DNA from: a virus
Length of the DNA stretch: 64,000 nt
Reading direction: 5' to 3' (one strand)
IMG/VR virus record: IMGVR_UViG_3300032086_003797
Location: 96,001-160,000 of that record
Below the pieces are notes generated by a model. The model saw nothing but the letters and a program-made list of their open reading frames with translations. It was not told the DNA's origin and did not search any database. This document shows, piece by piece, positions 19,311 through 29,041 of the stretch (position 1 is the first letter of the stretch; each line of letters begins with the position of its first letter). Position numbers and translations under genes: made by a program.

Positions 19311-19843
19311 TTGAGTTAGTTATATTAGATATCGACGGAGTTCTAACGGATGGTCGAAAATATTACGGACTAGATGGTATGCCATTTGCAAAGACATATT
19401 GTGATAAGGATTTTACTGCGATCAAGCGCCTTCGTGGTGCAGGGGTAAATGTCTGCTTTCTGTCTGGGGACGATACTGTCAATCAAGCTATGGCAAAAAA
19501 TCGAAACATTGATTTCTTTTATGCCCGTGGAAAAGATAAAGCAGATTTTATTGAGGAGTTTCAAAAAAAATATAATACATCCCCACAAAACATGGCATAC
19601 ATTGGCGATGACTTATTTGATAGTAGCATATTGAAAGCTGTAACATACCCATTTTGCCCTGCCGACGCATGTGGAGAAGTGAAGAAAATTTGTACATCTG
19701 CTTATGGTTATCATAATATCCTGCGAAGTAATGGCGGCTGCAATGTTATTATGGAAATGGTTGAGGTATTACTTGAACGTGGACTAATAAATGACTGCAC
19801 TATGGAAGATATAGAAGCACTTGACAAAAAAGAAAAGTTTTGA
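19307..19843 (+). CDS. KdsC-like HAD phosphatase
   Basis: LDIDGVLTDG, LSG, K, YIGDDLFD, PADA, GG motifs of the KdsC/YrbI family. Confidence 0.85.
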   Translation: MIELVILDIDGVLTDGRKYYGLDGMPFAKTYCDKDFTAIKRLRGAGVNVCFLSGDDTVNQAMAKNRNIDFFYARGKDKADFIEEFQKKYNTSPQNMAYIGDDLFDSSILKAVTYPFCPADACGEVKKICTSAYGYHNILRSNGGCNVIMEMVEVLLERGLINDCTMEDIEALDKKEKF

Positions 19844-20699
19844 TTTCTGTATAGTAGGTAATATATTCCTAGATACAGTACAAGTAACTAATTCGTTCCA
19901 AGTTGGCACATCTAACTTGGGGACATCGAAAAGAACTGCCCTTGGTGGTGTTATGAACACAGCGAGAAGCCTGTGTAAAATAAATAATCATTGTAAAGTA
20001 TTTGTTTCTACAGTGGTAGGTAATGACGACCAGGGTAGGTATATCTTAGATAAACTACAAGATTTTAAAAATGAAAACAGTAACTTCGATTACCATGCAA
20101 CTCGTGTCGATGCCGCCACGACAAGTGCGCTTATAATATGTGAAGCCGACAAACAGATAAGAAGCAGTATAGTGAATTGGGGTGCTTGTAAGACAAGTTC
20201 TGATTTTTATTTACCTGAATCGAGATGGTACCACTTCATGTACCTGGACACTTTATTAGCTGTCAATAAAAATATGTTTACACAAATATCAGAAGAGAGT
20301 ATAATATCGGCAGACTTTTGTTTAGCTACTCACACTGCCAAGGAAAGAAATAGGATAATGGACTTGATAAAGAATATGAATTTTGTTATAACCTCAGAAG
20401 ATAGTGCAACAAGCATTACGGGCGAACAATATGAGATCTATTCAGCGATGACGCTAGGCGAAGCAGTTGGCTCAGCAGCAATTGTGCATAGCCCAAGAGG
20501 CAGTTTTGTTAGTGCTCAAGGAAATGATTTCATGGTCAACAGCGACTATATAAATGACGTGAAACTCGATGTACTAGGTGCGGGCGACGCATTTGCAGCA
20601 GGATTCATGCATGATACTCAGAAAAACCCAAACAATATAAAAGAAAATGTCCAGTATGCACACACTTATGCAACTAATTTTATTCAGGGGGATAAGTGA
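19821..20699 (+). CDS. PfkB/ribokinase-family carbohydrate kinase
   Basis: LGG..N.A, VGND..G and C-terminal DVLGAGDAFAAGF PfkB signature. Confidence 0.85.
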   Translation: MTKKKSFDFCIVGNIFLDTVQVTNSFQVGTSNLGTSKRTALGGVMNTARSLCKINNHCKVFVSTVVGNDDQGRYILDKLQDFKNENSNFDYHATRVDAATTSALIICEADKQIRSSIVNWGACKTSSDFYLPESRWYHFMYLDTLLAVNKNMFTQISEESIISADFCLATHTAKERNRIMDLIKNMNFVITSEDSATSITGEQYEIYSAMTLGEAVGSAAIVHSPRGSFVSAQGNDFMVNSDYINDVKLDVLGAGDAFAAGFMHDTQKNPNNIKENVQYAHTYATNFIQGDK

Positions 20700-21031
20700 T
20701 GGATTTATATGCATCAACATGGAAATATTTTTCCGCATTTGAAAATAAAGATTTAGATACATTATGTGATCTGTATAGCAATACTGTGTCCTTAATAGAT
20801 TGGGATGTTGAATGCCATAGTGCGGAGAAAGTCCTACAAGCAAATGAGAGTTTATTTAGCAGTGTTGAAAACATCAAGGTTGACATTACACGTTGCTCGG
20901 TTGATAAGATGTTGTTGACCGCTACAGCAGAAATTATTATTACACTGGACGGAGAAGAGATAATAGTAGCAGATATCATCACGTTCGGTCAAGATGGAAA
21001 AATAAAAAATATTAGAGCCTATAAGGGGTAA
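20696..21031 (+). CDS. SnoaL-like/NTF2-fold protein
   Basis: YF.AF.NKDL..L..LY...V.L.DW...DIITF...GKI..IRAY. Confidence 0.75.
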   Translation: MMDLYASTWKYFSAFENKDLDTLCDLYSNTVSLIDWDVECHSAEKVLQANESLFSSVENIKVDITRCSVDKMLLTATAEIIITLDGEEIIVADIITFGQDGKIKNIRAYKG

Positions 21032-21034
21032 AAA

Positions 21035-22201
21035 ATGACAAAGAAATATAATGTATTGTTGCCTGTCGCAGGGCGAGCACAAAGATTTTTAGATAAGGGC
21101 TATACTATGCCCAAGCCGCTAATCATGGCAAATACCAGGCATGTTATTGATTGGGCTATGGATGCATTCAAGGCAGATGACTGCAATCTTATTTTTGCAG
21201 TTCGTCTAGATCATATTCACAACTTCTCAATCGATCAAATATTGAGGGATAAATTTGGTGAAGATGTAAAAATTGTTATTGTTGACCATATCACAGATGG
21301 ATCAGTGTCTACTTGCTTATTAGCTAGAGAATATATTGACAATGATTTGCCTTTGTTTATTTATACACCTGATGTATATTACGAAAACCAGTTTGACCCA
21401 GCCTCTGTACCAGAAGAGATGGATGGATATCTGTTGACATTCAAAGCAAATAGTCCAGCACACAGTTATGTTGAAATGAATGAGGATGGTTATGCAACCA
21501 GAACAGCAGAGAAAGAAGTGATTAGTCAGAACGCTGCTGTTGGTGTTTACTATTATAAAACTGGTAAGATGTTCATTCAATATGCAGAAGAAATGATCGA
21601 AGCGAATATTCGTGTAAAGAATGAGTTCTATATCTGCCCAATGTACAACCTTATGATCCGAGATGGCGCTAAGGTTGGTATCCATCAAGTAGAGAAGATG
21701 CATGTTCTGGGAACCCCACAAGAGTTGGAATTCTTTGTAAACCATGTAGCACCAAGGTTTGGGCAGAAGCCCGTAGCTATTGCTTGTGACCATTCAGGGT
21801 TTGAAGCTAAAGAGATGGCTAGGAGAGTGTTAGAAGCTAATGGCGTTCCTTATGTTGATTTTGGAACTTATGTAAACCAAAGCTGCGACTACAACGACTA
21901 TGTGTCACAAGCTATTAGAGCAATCCAGAATAACATCTGTGACTTTGGTATTGGATTTTGCCGCACAGGTCAGGGCGTAAATATATTAGCTAGTAATATG
22001 AATGGCACTATTGCGGCTTTAGTATTTGACGAGTATACAGCCGAACATGCAATGACTCATAACTGTGCTAACTGGTTTTCAGTACCGAGCAAATATGTTA
22101 GTGAATCTACGTTCGATAGGATGGTAAAGCTATGGAAGACCTCATCATTTGATGGTGGACGCCACATGACTAGAATGAGCAAAACACTAGGAACGAAATA
22201 A
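21035..22201 (+). CDS. Sugar-phosphate nucleotidyltransferase fused to RpiB/LacAB isomerase
   Basis: LPVAGRAQRF...PKPLI, EK..IS, LGTP.EL. Then IACDHSG...DFG...DY...CRTGQG...N...FDGGRH..R (RpiB). Confidence 0.88.
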   Translation: MTKKYNVLLPVAGRAQRFLDKGYTMPKPLIMANTRHVIDWAMDAFKADDCNLIFAVRLDHIHNFSIDQILRDKFGEDVKIVIVDHITDGSVSTCLLAREYIDNDLPLFIYTPDVYYENQFDPASVPEEMDGYLLTFKANSPAHSYVEMNEDGYATRTAEKEVISQNAAVGVYYYKTGKMFIQYAEEMIEANIRVKNEFYICPMYNLMIRDGAKVGIHQVEKMHVLGTPQELEFFVNHVAPRFGQKPVAIACDHSGFEAKEMARRVLEANGVPYVDFGTYVNQSCDYNDYVSQAIRAIQNNICDFGIGFCRTGQGVNILASNMNGTIAALVFDEYTAEHAMTHNCANWFSVPSKYVSESTFDRMVKLWKTSSFDGGRHMTRMSKTLGTK

Positions 22202-23151
22202 TGCCTGAGTACAAGGACCCAATACAAGGAGGTATCACTACCATAATACAGGGACCAATAAATGATGTGTCTCTCAAAAATATTCCTCAGTACCTCCGAA
22301 ATGGTCCTGTTGTGATACATGCATGGGATTACAATCAACAAATACCGCATTGGCGCAACTCTGAAAATTATAACAGTATATTATCACAAATAAAGGATTT
22401 TTATGGCGATCGGGTAAAAATAGTTTTGTGCCCTGTGCCACAGGAATCTAAAAATATCAAAGATATACACTCTGATCGCTGGGCTGACTGGGCGCTACAA
22501 TTTGCTAACAAGACATTCCATTTTGCAATGTATGGGATTAGTGACGCACTAAAACACGTTGAGACAGAATATGTGTTAAGAACAAGAAGCGATGAAGCGT
22601 ATTCAAACGTTGATTTATTCATAGAAGCATTATGCAGAGACCCAAAGAAATTTGTTATGGGTAATATTTTCGCTGCACCTATGAAAAATCAAGAATTTCA
22701 TATTGGTGATCACATCTATGCCTGCAAGTCAGAAGATTTATATCATGCAACTAATCAGCTAGCATCTTTTTACTATGGTTATAATAAAGATCCAAAATGG
22801 TTTTATTTCCAACGACCAATCGGTTTTGAGCAGGTATTAGCATATTCTTGGATGGACTGTACTGGCATCGACATGTCACTACCCTTACGTCCAGAAAATA
22901 TTGAATCCTTGCCGCCTATGAGAAGAGCTTCCCCAGAGCTTCGGAATTTTATCTTATCGAACAGTGTACAATCAGACATAAAAAATAGAGAAATAAGAAA
23001 GCAGGTCGCACATGATTATTTTCATGTGATAGATATCAATAAAGCACGCCCCTTTAGGGCTCGCTGGAATCATTGTGGTAAAACCTTTATAGATCAATTT
23101 CAAAATCCGCACGGGGTCTATAATACAGGAGATATGTTAGATGGATATTAG
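22201..23151 (+). CDS. WavE-like glycan synthesis protein
   Basis: IIQGP...G...V.TEYVLRTRSDE...HIGDH. Confidence 0.6.
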   Translation: MPEYKDPIQGGITTIIQGPINDVSLKNIPQYLRNGPVVIHAWDYNQQIPHWRNSENYNSILSQIKDFYGDRVKIVLCPVPQESKNIKDIHSDRWADWALQFANKTFHFAMYGISDALKHVETEYVLRTRSDEAYSNVDLFIEALCRDPKKFVMGNIFAAPMKNQEFHIGDHIYACKSEDLYHATNQLASFYYGYNKDPKWFYFQRPIGFEQVLAYSWMDCTGIDMSLPLRPENIESLPPMRRASPELRNFILSNSVQSDIKNREIRKQVAHDYFHVIDINKARPFRARWNHCGKTFIDQFQNPHGVYNTGDMLDGY

Positions 23152-23170
23152 AAATAAGGAGACATGCTAA

Positions 23171-23827
23171 ATGAATACGCCTAATAGAGATATAAATTTA
23201 CATCAAAGACTATTAAAACTTTTATACGATCATAATGAAGAGCATGTTGGAAGCTGCTTTACTTGTGTGGATATAATTGATAATATTTTTAAAAACAAAA
23301 ACGAAGATGATATATTTGTACTGTCAAATGGACATGCAGCATATGCTTTATATGTCGTATTAGAGAAATATTATGACCATATTGATGCTGACGCATTAGT
23401 AGAGAAACATGGTGGTCACCCTAACTGGGATGAGGATAATCACATCTATGTATCAACTGGCAGTTTAGGCTCGGGTATTGTTATTGCAGTAGGTAGAGCA
23501 TTAGCAAATCGCAACCGTAAAGTTCATGTTATGGTTAGTGATGGAGAATGTGCTGAAGGTTCCGTATGGGAAGCATTGCGATATGTAGAAGAATATAATG
23601 TTGACAATATGGAAGTTTATGTTAACGCAAACGGCTGGGCATGTTATGATCCCGTAGATGTGGAATACTTAGAGCGACGTTGTAAAGCTTTTTTGCCAAG
23701 GATTCATTTTCATAAAACCGATGTCAACTCATATTTCCCATTTTTGAAAGATCTTGATGCACACTATTGCAAGCTTTCAGCGGAAGATTATAAACTAGGT
23801 ACGGAGATGTTGAATAATGAGCGTTAG
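23171..23827 (+). CDS. Transketolase-like protein, N-terminal ThDP-binding subunit
   Basis: H.GS, LSNGHA, GHP, STGSLG.G, SDGECAEG..WEA...N ThDP motif. Confidence 0.88.
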   Translation: MNTPNRDINLHQRLLKLLYDHNEEHVGSCFTCVDIIDNIFKNKNEDDIFVLSNGHAAYALYVVLEKYYDHIDADALVEKHGGHPNWDEDNHIYVSTGSLGSGIVIAVGRALANRNRKVHVMVSDGECAEGSVWEALRYVEEYNVDNMEVYVNANGWACYDPVDVEYLERRCKAFLPRIHFHKTDVNSYFPFLKDLDAHYCKLSAEDYKLGTEMLNNER

Positions 23828-24299
23828 AAAAACATTTGTCAGTTTACTACATGAAGAAATGAAACAGAACGACAATATTGTATTTGTTGTTGGTGATTTG
23901 GGATACGGACACTTTGATGAGATCCGAGAAGAGTTCCCAGACAGGGTTATCAACCCAGGGGCGGCAGAACAGTTAATGATGGGGATGAGTATTGGCTTAG
24001 CTCAGGAGGGCAAGCTTGTAGTATGTTATTCAATGACGCCATTCACATTATATCGACCATTTGAATTTATTAGAAACTATGTTGACTATGAGAAGATTCC
24101 AGTCAAATTAATTGGTGCGGGTAGGGATAAAGATTATCTTTGGTTAGGCTGGTCACATTGGGCGACTGATGACAAGGAACATCTTAGCGGCTTCAAGAAT
24201 ATTGAAAAGCACTGGCCTGAAGACCCCGAAGATATGAAACGCTTATTTAAAGGTATCATGTATAACGGGAAACCAACTTATGTGAATTTGTCAAGGTAA
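23817..24299 (+). CDS. Transketolase-like protein, pyrimidine-binding subunit (no C-terminal domain)
   Basis: GDLG...FPDR.IN.G.AEQ.M.G...GLA..G...R..E.IR...G.SH...DD; stops right after P.YV.L.R. Confidence 0.85.
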   Translation: MSVRKTFVSLLHEEMKQNDNIVFVVGDLGYGHFDEIREEFPDRVINPGAAEQLMMGMSIGLAQEGKLVVCYSMTPFTLYRPFEFIRNYVDYEKIPVKLIGAGRDKDYLWLGWSHWATDDKEHLSGFKNIEKHWPEDPEDMKRLFKGIMYNGKPTYVNLSR

Positions 24300-24306
24300 G
24301 ATTATA

Positions 24307-25173
24307 GTGTCAAATTTAAACTTAGGAGAAATTGAAATAAAGCGAACTATTTTCAAACCTCTACATTACTGGCCTATATACCAAGAGTTATTTGAGAAGA
24401 TAAATAAATCGCATGACAAAAAAGAAACTCTTAAAATATTTGAAATAGGCATAGCTGATGGCGGATCTATTGAAATGTGGTATAAGATATGTAAACAATT
24501 AGGTATAGATGTTAGCATAACAGCTATTGATGTCAGGCTATCTGATAAACTTCGTAATAATATACAACAAGTCACAACTAACGATGGGAGTGTGCTTCTT
24601 GAGCCCTGCAATTCAAATTCTATTGAACACATAAATGCCATTTTGGGAGATAATAAATTTGATCTTATTATTGATGACGGAAGTCACCAATCAGACGATA
24701 TAACCAAGTCGTTTCACAATTTGTTTATTGACAGGCTAAAGGATGGTGGTATATATATAATAGAAGACCTACATTCTCACTATTGGCAAAAACAAGCAGA
24801 GGCGAGTGATTCTGCCTCTAATTTGATTCGTGCCTTAATGGATGCACAAAACTTCTGGTCGCTCACTAAAGGTGTTGCAAGATACAAGGTAGCTGAGAGA
24901 TATTTTGACAAGATAAATAAAATAGAGACATATGACAGTATCGTGTTGATCCATAAAGGTAAAACCTATAGAGATAGGAGCCAGTATGAAAAGCTTGGTG
25001 CCGCTGAAGACAGATATTGTTATTTAGGCTGTCCAATTGGATCTCCAGATGGTAGTATTATAAGATACGGTAGGGTAAGTAATAATTTAAATTCACAGAT
25101 AAAACTCAAAACAGCACTAACGGAAGAATACAGTTTGTTGTTTGACAGAGGGGTAAGCAAAGATGAATATTGA
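24307..25173 (+). CDS. Class I SAM-dependent methyltransferase
   Basis: EIGIADGGS..W, FDLIIDDGSH, LKDGGIYIIEDL. Confidence 0.85.
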   Translation: MSNLNLGEIEIKRTIFKPLHYWPIYQELFEKINKSHDKKETLKIFEIGIADGGSIEMWYKICKQLGIDVSITAIDVRLSDKLRNNIQQVTTNDGSVLLEPCNSNSIEHINAILGDNKFDLIIDDGSHQSDDITKSFHNLFIDRLKDGGIYIIEDLHSHYWQKQAEASDSASNLIRALMDAQNFWSLTKGVARYKVAERYFDKINKIETYDSIVLIHKGKTYRDRSQYEKLGAAEDRYCYLGCPIGSPDGSIIRYGRVSNNLNSQIKLKTALTEEYSLLFDRGVSKDEY

Positions 25174-25945
25174 TCTGATCATCCAAGGACCCGTTCATGG
25201 TAATAATGCCTTCTTATCGAAAATGGATAATTTGTGCAAGCAATTTAACAAAGTTATAATTTCTACATGGGACCATGAAGATTCAGCCGCTTGGGTAGAA
25301 AAGTTATCAGGTTATAACAATGTGGTAATAACCTCGCAGAAGCTACCTGACCGCCCTGGTCTTAAGGGACCGTACAGGGGGATTGCTACAGGGTCCACAT
25401 TTTATTGGGCTTGCTTATCAACATATAACGGACTAAAAGAATCATCAGCAGAATATGTGGTCAAGATGCGCTCAGATGAATATTATGAAGATTTTACAGC
25501 TTTCAAGTTAGAACTAAAAAAAGCAAACCACAAGTTTGTCTGTGGTAATATATTTTATAAAAGATGGTATAGGAGTTCCCCTTATCATATTGGAGATCAT
25601 GTATATGCTTGTAAAAGAGAGGGTCTACAGAATGGTCTAAAAATGGTGCTGGACTATTATAACCATGTTGAATGGCACAAAGAAATAGAATATAAAGAAG
25701 ATATATCACAAGACCTGACCTGTGCCGAGATTGTCTTAGCGCACACTTTTCTAATCGGATCAGGGATACCTAGAATCGAATGGTTCGCCGTGGGGGCGAC
25801 GCTCCAGACAGCCCCTGCATTTGATAAATATTTCAAAGTTATTGATATTAATAAATTAGGAGAATATGTTGCTCGATGGGAGGGTAGCAATATTACATTT
25901 AGACATGATACATCCCCATTTATACATTCTCATTATGACAGGTAA
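25163..25945 (+). CDS. WavE-like glycan synthesis protein (paralogue of 22201-23151)
   Basis: IIQGP...ISTW...KMRSDE...GNIF...HIGDH.YACK...VIDINK...ARW. Confidence 0.6.
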   Translation: MNIDLIIQGPVHGNNAFLSKMDNLCKQFNKVIISTWDHEDSAAWVEKLSGYNNVVITSQKLPDRPGLKGPYRGIATGSTFYWACLSTYNGLKESSAEYVVKMRSDEYYEDFTAFKLELKKANHKFVCGNIFYKRWYRSSPYHIGDHVYACKREGLQNGLKMVLDYYNHVEWHKEIEYKEDISQDLTCAEIVLAHTFLIGSGIPRIEWFAVGATLQTAPAFDKYFKVIDINKLGEYVARWEGSNITFRHDTSPFIHSHYDR

Positions 25946-25948
25946 AGC

Positions 25949-26587
25949 ATGTTTATAGACGACAAAAGAAAAATAATATTTGTACACAACCCAAAAGCAG
26001 CAGGGTCTTCAATTCATATACTGCTTAAGGATTTGTATGAACTTAGAGACACCGATAGGCACGACCCAGAACCACACATACACCACATGAGTTACCAACA
26101 AATCCTAAATTTAAAACCTGAATACTATGGATACTATTCATTTGCTGCTGTTAGAAATCCTTGGGCTAGATTATTATCAGGCTATATGGATTTTGTACAA
26201 AATAGAAAACATGAGTACTCTGGTTTGATACGATATGATGAGCCATTATTATCTGAGTATAAGGATTTTAAAGATTTTGTTATGAGGATTGGCGAAGGCA
26301 AATGGATAAACGATGTTCATTTCCTCCCTCAGCATGTTTATACTCATGCAGAAGATAAAGTTGTCGATATGATCCTAAGGGTAGAAAATATCAATATGGA
26401 TATTCAAGCACTTATGAATAAAATAGGATTTAAGTATTACCAGCACTTATTCGGCGCTCATTGGCAGAGACACAGATCCACTAAGCACGGACATTATACA
26501 GAGTATTACGACGAACAAAGTGCAGCTAAAGTAGTTGAATTATATGCAAAAGACATAGAGCTATTTGGGTATCAATATGGAGAATAA
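25949..26587 (+). CDS. Sulfotransferase (Sulfotransfer_2 family)
   Basis: FVHNPKAAGSSI (5'-PSB), VRNPWARLLSGY (3'-PB), HFLPQ, Y.KD.ELFGY. Confidence 0.88.
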   Translation: MFIDDKRKIIFVHNPKAAGSSIHILLKDLYELRDTDRHDPEPHIHHMSYQQILNLKPEYYGYYSFAAVRNPWARLLSGYMDFVQNRKHEYSGLIRYDEPLLSEYKDFKDFVMRIGEGKWINDVHFLPQHVYTHAEDKVVDMILRVENINMDIQALMNKIGFKYYQHLFGAHWQRHRSTKHGHYTEYYDEQSAAKVVELYAKDIELFGYQYGE

Positions 26588-27452
26588 GTGCATAGTATCG
26601 CAAATACATATTCCTGATCATGACCCTCAAGGTAGTTTAGGGTTTCTAGCTAAGCAGGAGATAATTGATACAAACATACAAAGCTTAAGAAGAAACAATC
26701 CAGATGCATACATAATTTTAGTTGGTCATGGACATGAGCCTTATGACTCTACTAAAGATGTTTGTGATAAATTTATTTGGGAAGACTTGCACCCAATCGA
26801 CGGTGGCGGCACGGTAATAGGGATGCCAGCCCAATATAAGTCTGTATCGCTAGGAATAGAACACGCAAAAGAAAAAGGCTTTGATTATTGTTTGAAAACT
26901 AGAGGTGACTCTATAATAGCAAAACAAGATATTATATCATACTGCCACGACATAATAAAATCAGAAGATAAGATGATTCTCCTAACCCAGCAAACTGGCA
27001 AGGAACTATACAAATTTGGCGATTGTTTTATGTATGGAGAAATAGACCTATTGAGTTCTATATGGGATGCAGCCAACCCCCCGTTTCATGCCGATGGCTT
27101 AAGGCACACAGGCATATCGTTTGTAAAGCATTTCTCTGGTAAGGTTCCTCCTATACCATATAACCCACAAGCAATACTTTATGAAGATAAAAACTGGACA
27201 GATCTTTTGAAAGAATATTGTTCGTTTAGGGACATTGGTGAAATAGGGTTCTGTGATCTTAGGTGGAATTATAACCAGATGCAGCAAAATTGGAAAAACA
27301 ATAAACAACAAATATTAGACCTTGAATACGACTTTGAAGAAATATACTGGGGTCGAAGTAATGGATGGCACAACTTCAATAGTATGGGTCAGGTAGTAAG
27401 TCATGGTGGTATGTGTCACTGGGCATATACTCAAGCGGAGTTTTATAAATAA
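26577..27452 (+). CDS. Hypothetical glycan-cluster protein (WavE/GT-like KTRGD motif)
   Basis: Q...V..G...AK..G..YCLKTRGD...D.FMYG; context. Confidence 0.45.
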   Translation: MENKCIVSQIHIPDHDPQGSLGFLAKQEIIDTNIQSLRRNNPDAYIILVGHGHEPYDSTKDVCDKFIWEDLHPIDGGGTVIGMPAQYKSVSLGIEHAKEKGFDYCLKTRGDSIIAKQDIISYCHDIIKSEDKMILLTQQTGKELYKFGDCFMYGEIDLLSSIWDAANPPFHADGLRHTGISFVKHFSGKVPPIPYNPQAILYEDKNWTDLLKEYCSFRDIGEIGFCDLRWNYNQMQQNWKNNKQQILDLEYDFEEIYWGRSNGWHNFNSMGQVVSHGGMCHWAYTQAEFYK

Positions 27453-27453
27453 A

Positions 27454-27891
27454 ATGTTATTGATTTCACATAGAGGTAACTTGTTCGGACCTAATGAGGT
27501 TGGAGAAAATAATCCTAAAAAGATAGCTGAGTTAATTGATCGAGGTATCCATGTGGAGATCGATGTCTGGTCTATCGATAATAAAATGTACCTAGGGCAC
27601 GATAAGCCGACACATTTTGTTACCACTGATTTTTTATTACATCCAAATTTATGGTGTCATGCTAAGAACATTGAAGCACTAGAACATCTCTTAAACGTAG
27701 GGGCGCACTGCTTTTGGCACGAAACAGATTCTTACACTGTGACAAGTGATAAAATTATTTGGACATTTCCAGGTAAACAACTTACCCCAAGATCTGTTAT
27801 AGTATGTCACTCGGAAGAAGAAACCGAGGCAGTTATGAAAACAAACGCATATGGCGTCTGTAGTGATTATGTGGGGTATTACAACAAATGA
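27454..27891 (+). CDS. PLC-like/GDPD-like phosphodiesterase-fold protein
   Basis: ISHRGN...EN...VEIDVW...LGHD...LWCHAKN...GVCSD. Confidence 0.7.
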   Translation: MLLISHRGNLFGPNEVGENNPKKIAELIDRGIHVEIDVWSIDNKMYLGHDKPTHFVTTDFLLHPNLWCHAKNIEALEHLLNVGAHCFWHETDSYTVTSDKIIWTFPGKQLTPRSVIVCHSEEETEAVMKTNAYGVCSDYVGYYNK

Positions 27892-28841
27892 AGATAGTAG
27901 CAGTAACAGGGTGCATGGGGCTGATAGGCTCCCATGTTACAAGTGAACTACTCCAGCGTGGTTATCTTGTATTGGGAATTGATAAGCTGACTTATGCAGC
28001 CAACAGTGAGGCAATGCAGACCTTCAACGACTTGCCTGGTTTCACTTTTTTGCAAAAAGATATTTGTGAGTTGGAATCTATACCTGATTGCGATTATGTT
28101 ATCAATCTGGCGGCAGAATCGCACGTTGGCAATAGTATCATTGACGGTACAGACTTTATTAGTACGAACATTAGCGGTGTGCAAAACTTGCTCAAGATTA
28201 TTCAAAATAAGCCAAGCAATGTTTGTGAGAGACCTGTGCTCCTTCACTTTAGCACCGACGAAGTATATGGAGATCTAGAGGAGGGCTCATTTACAGAAGA
28301 TAGCTCTCTAAATCCCAGCAACCCTTACTCGGCTACCAAAGCGGCAGCAGATCATTTGATAAAGTCTTGGAGCAGGACATATGGAACAGAGTATGTCATT
28401 GTCCGTCCAACAAATAACTATGGGATATTTCAATACCCAGAAAAACTTATCCCTCTATCAGTAAAGTTATTGCAAAGAGGTAAAAAAATTAGACTCCACA
28501 ATAAAGGCGAGCCTACAAGAAACTGGCTTCACGCTGCTGATACCGCAAATGCGATTATCACTATTATGGAGTCGGGTGTAAAAAATGAAATTTTCAATAT
28601 ATCTGGTGGTTTTGAACAGAAGAATATTGATACAGTAAAGAAAGTGATAGACTGTTACTTTGAGGAAAAAGTAGAAGATTATGACCAATACCTTGACTTC
28701 TCACATGAGCGTGAAGGACAAGATGTTAGATATTCGGTAGATGACAGCAAGTTAAGAAACCTAGGCTGGTCACCAAGGTTTGATTTTGATGAAGAAATAA
28801 AACATATTGTAAAATATTACAAGAAGACATTCGTATGGTAG
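27888..28841 (+). CDS. rfbB: dTDP-glucose 4,6-dehydratase-like NDP-sugar dehydratase
   Basis: TGCMGLIGS, DKLTYA, AAESHV, STDEVYG, PYSATKA, NNYG..QYPEKLIP, R.GQD.RY. Confidence 0.88.
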   Translation: MKIVAVTGCMGLIGSHVTSELLQRGYLVLGIDKLTYAANSEAMQTFNDLPGFTFLQKDICELESIPDCDYVINLAAESHVGNSIIDGTDFISTNISGVQNLLKIIQNKPSNVCERPVLLHFSTDEVYGDLEEGSFTEDSSLNPSNPYSATKAAADHLIKSWSRTYGTEYVIVRPTNNYGIFQYPEKLIPLSVKLLQRGKKIRLHNKGEPTRNWLHAADTANAIITIMESGVKNEIFNISGGFEQKNIDTVKKVIDCYFEEKVEDYDQYLDFSHEREGQDVRYSVDDSKLRNLGWSPRFDFDEEIKHIVKYYKKTFVW

Positions 28842-29041
28842 CAAAGAAAAGACACTTAGCAAAGGCGCTTAGCTGGCGAGCCGTTGGAACAATAGATACC
28901 ATGCTATTGGGTTGGCTCATATCGGGTGATCCTATGGTTGGGGTTAAAATTGGCGCAGTCGAATTGGTAACAAAAATATTTTTATATTATGCACACGAAA
29001 GAGCATGGTATAAATTCTCTAAGTTTGGGGTAAGAAAATGA
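28835..29041 (+). CDS. DUF2061 small membrane protein
   Basis: [14 protein letters not shown]...K..LYY.HERAW. Confidence 0.85.
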   Translation: MVAKKRHLAKALSWRAVGTIDTMLLGWLISGDPMVGVKIGAVELVTKIFLYYAHERAWYKFSKFGVRK

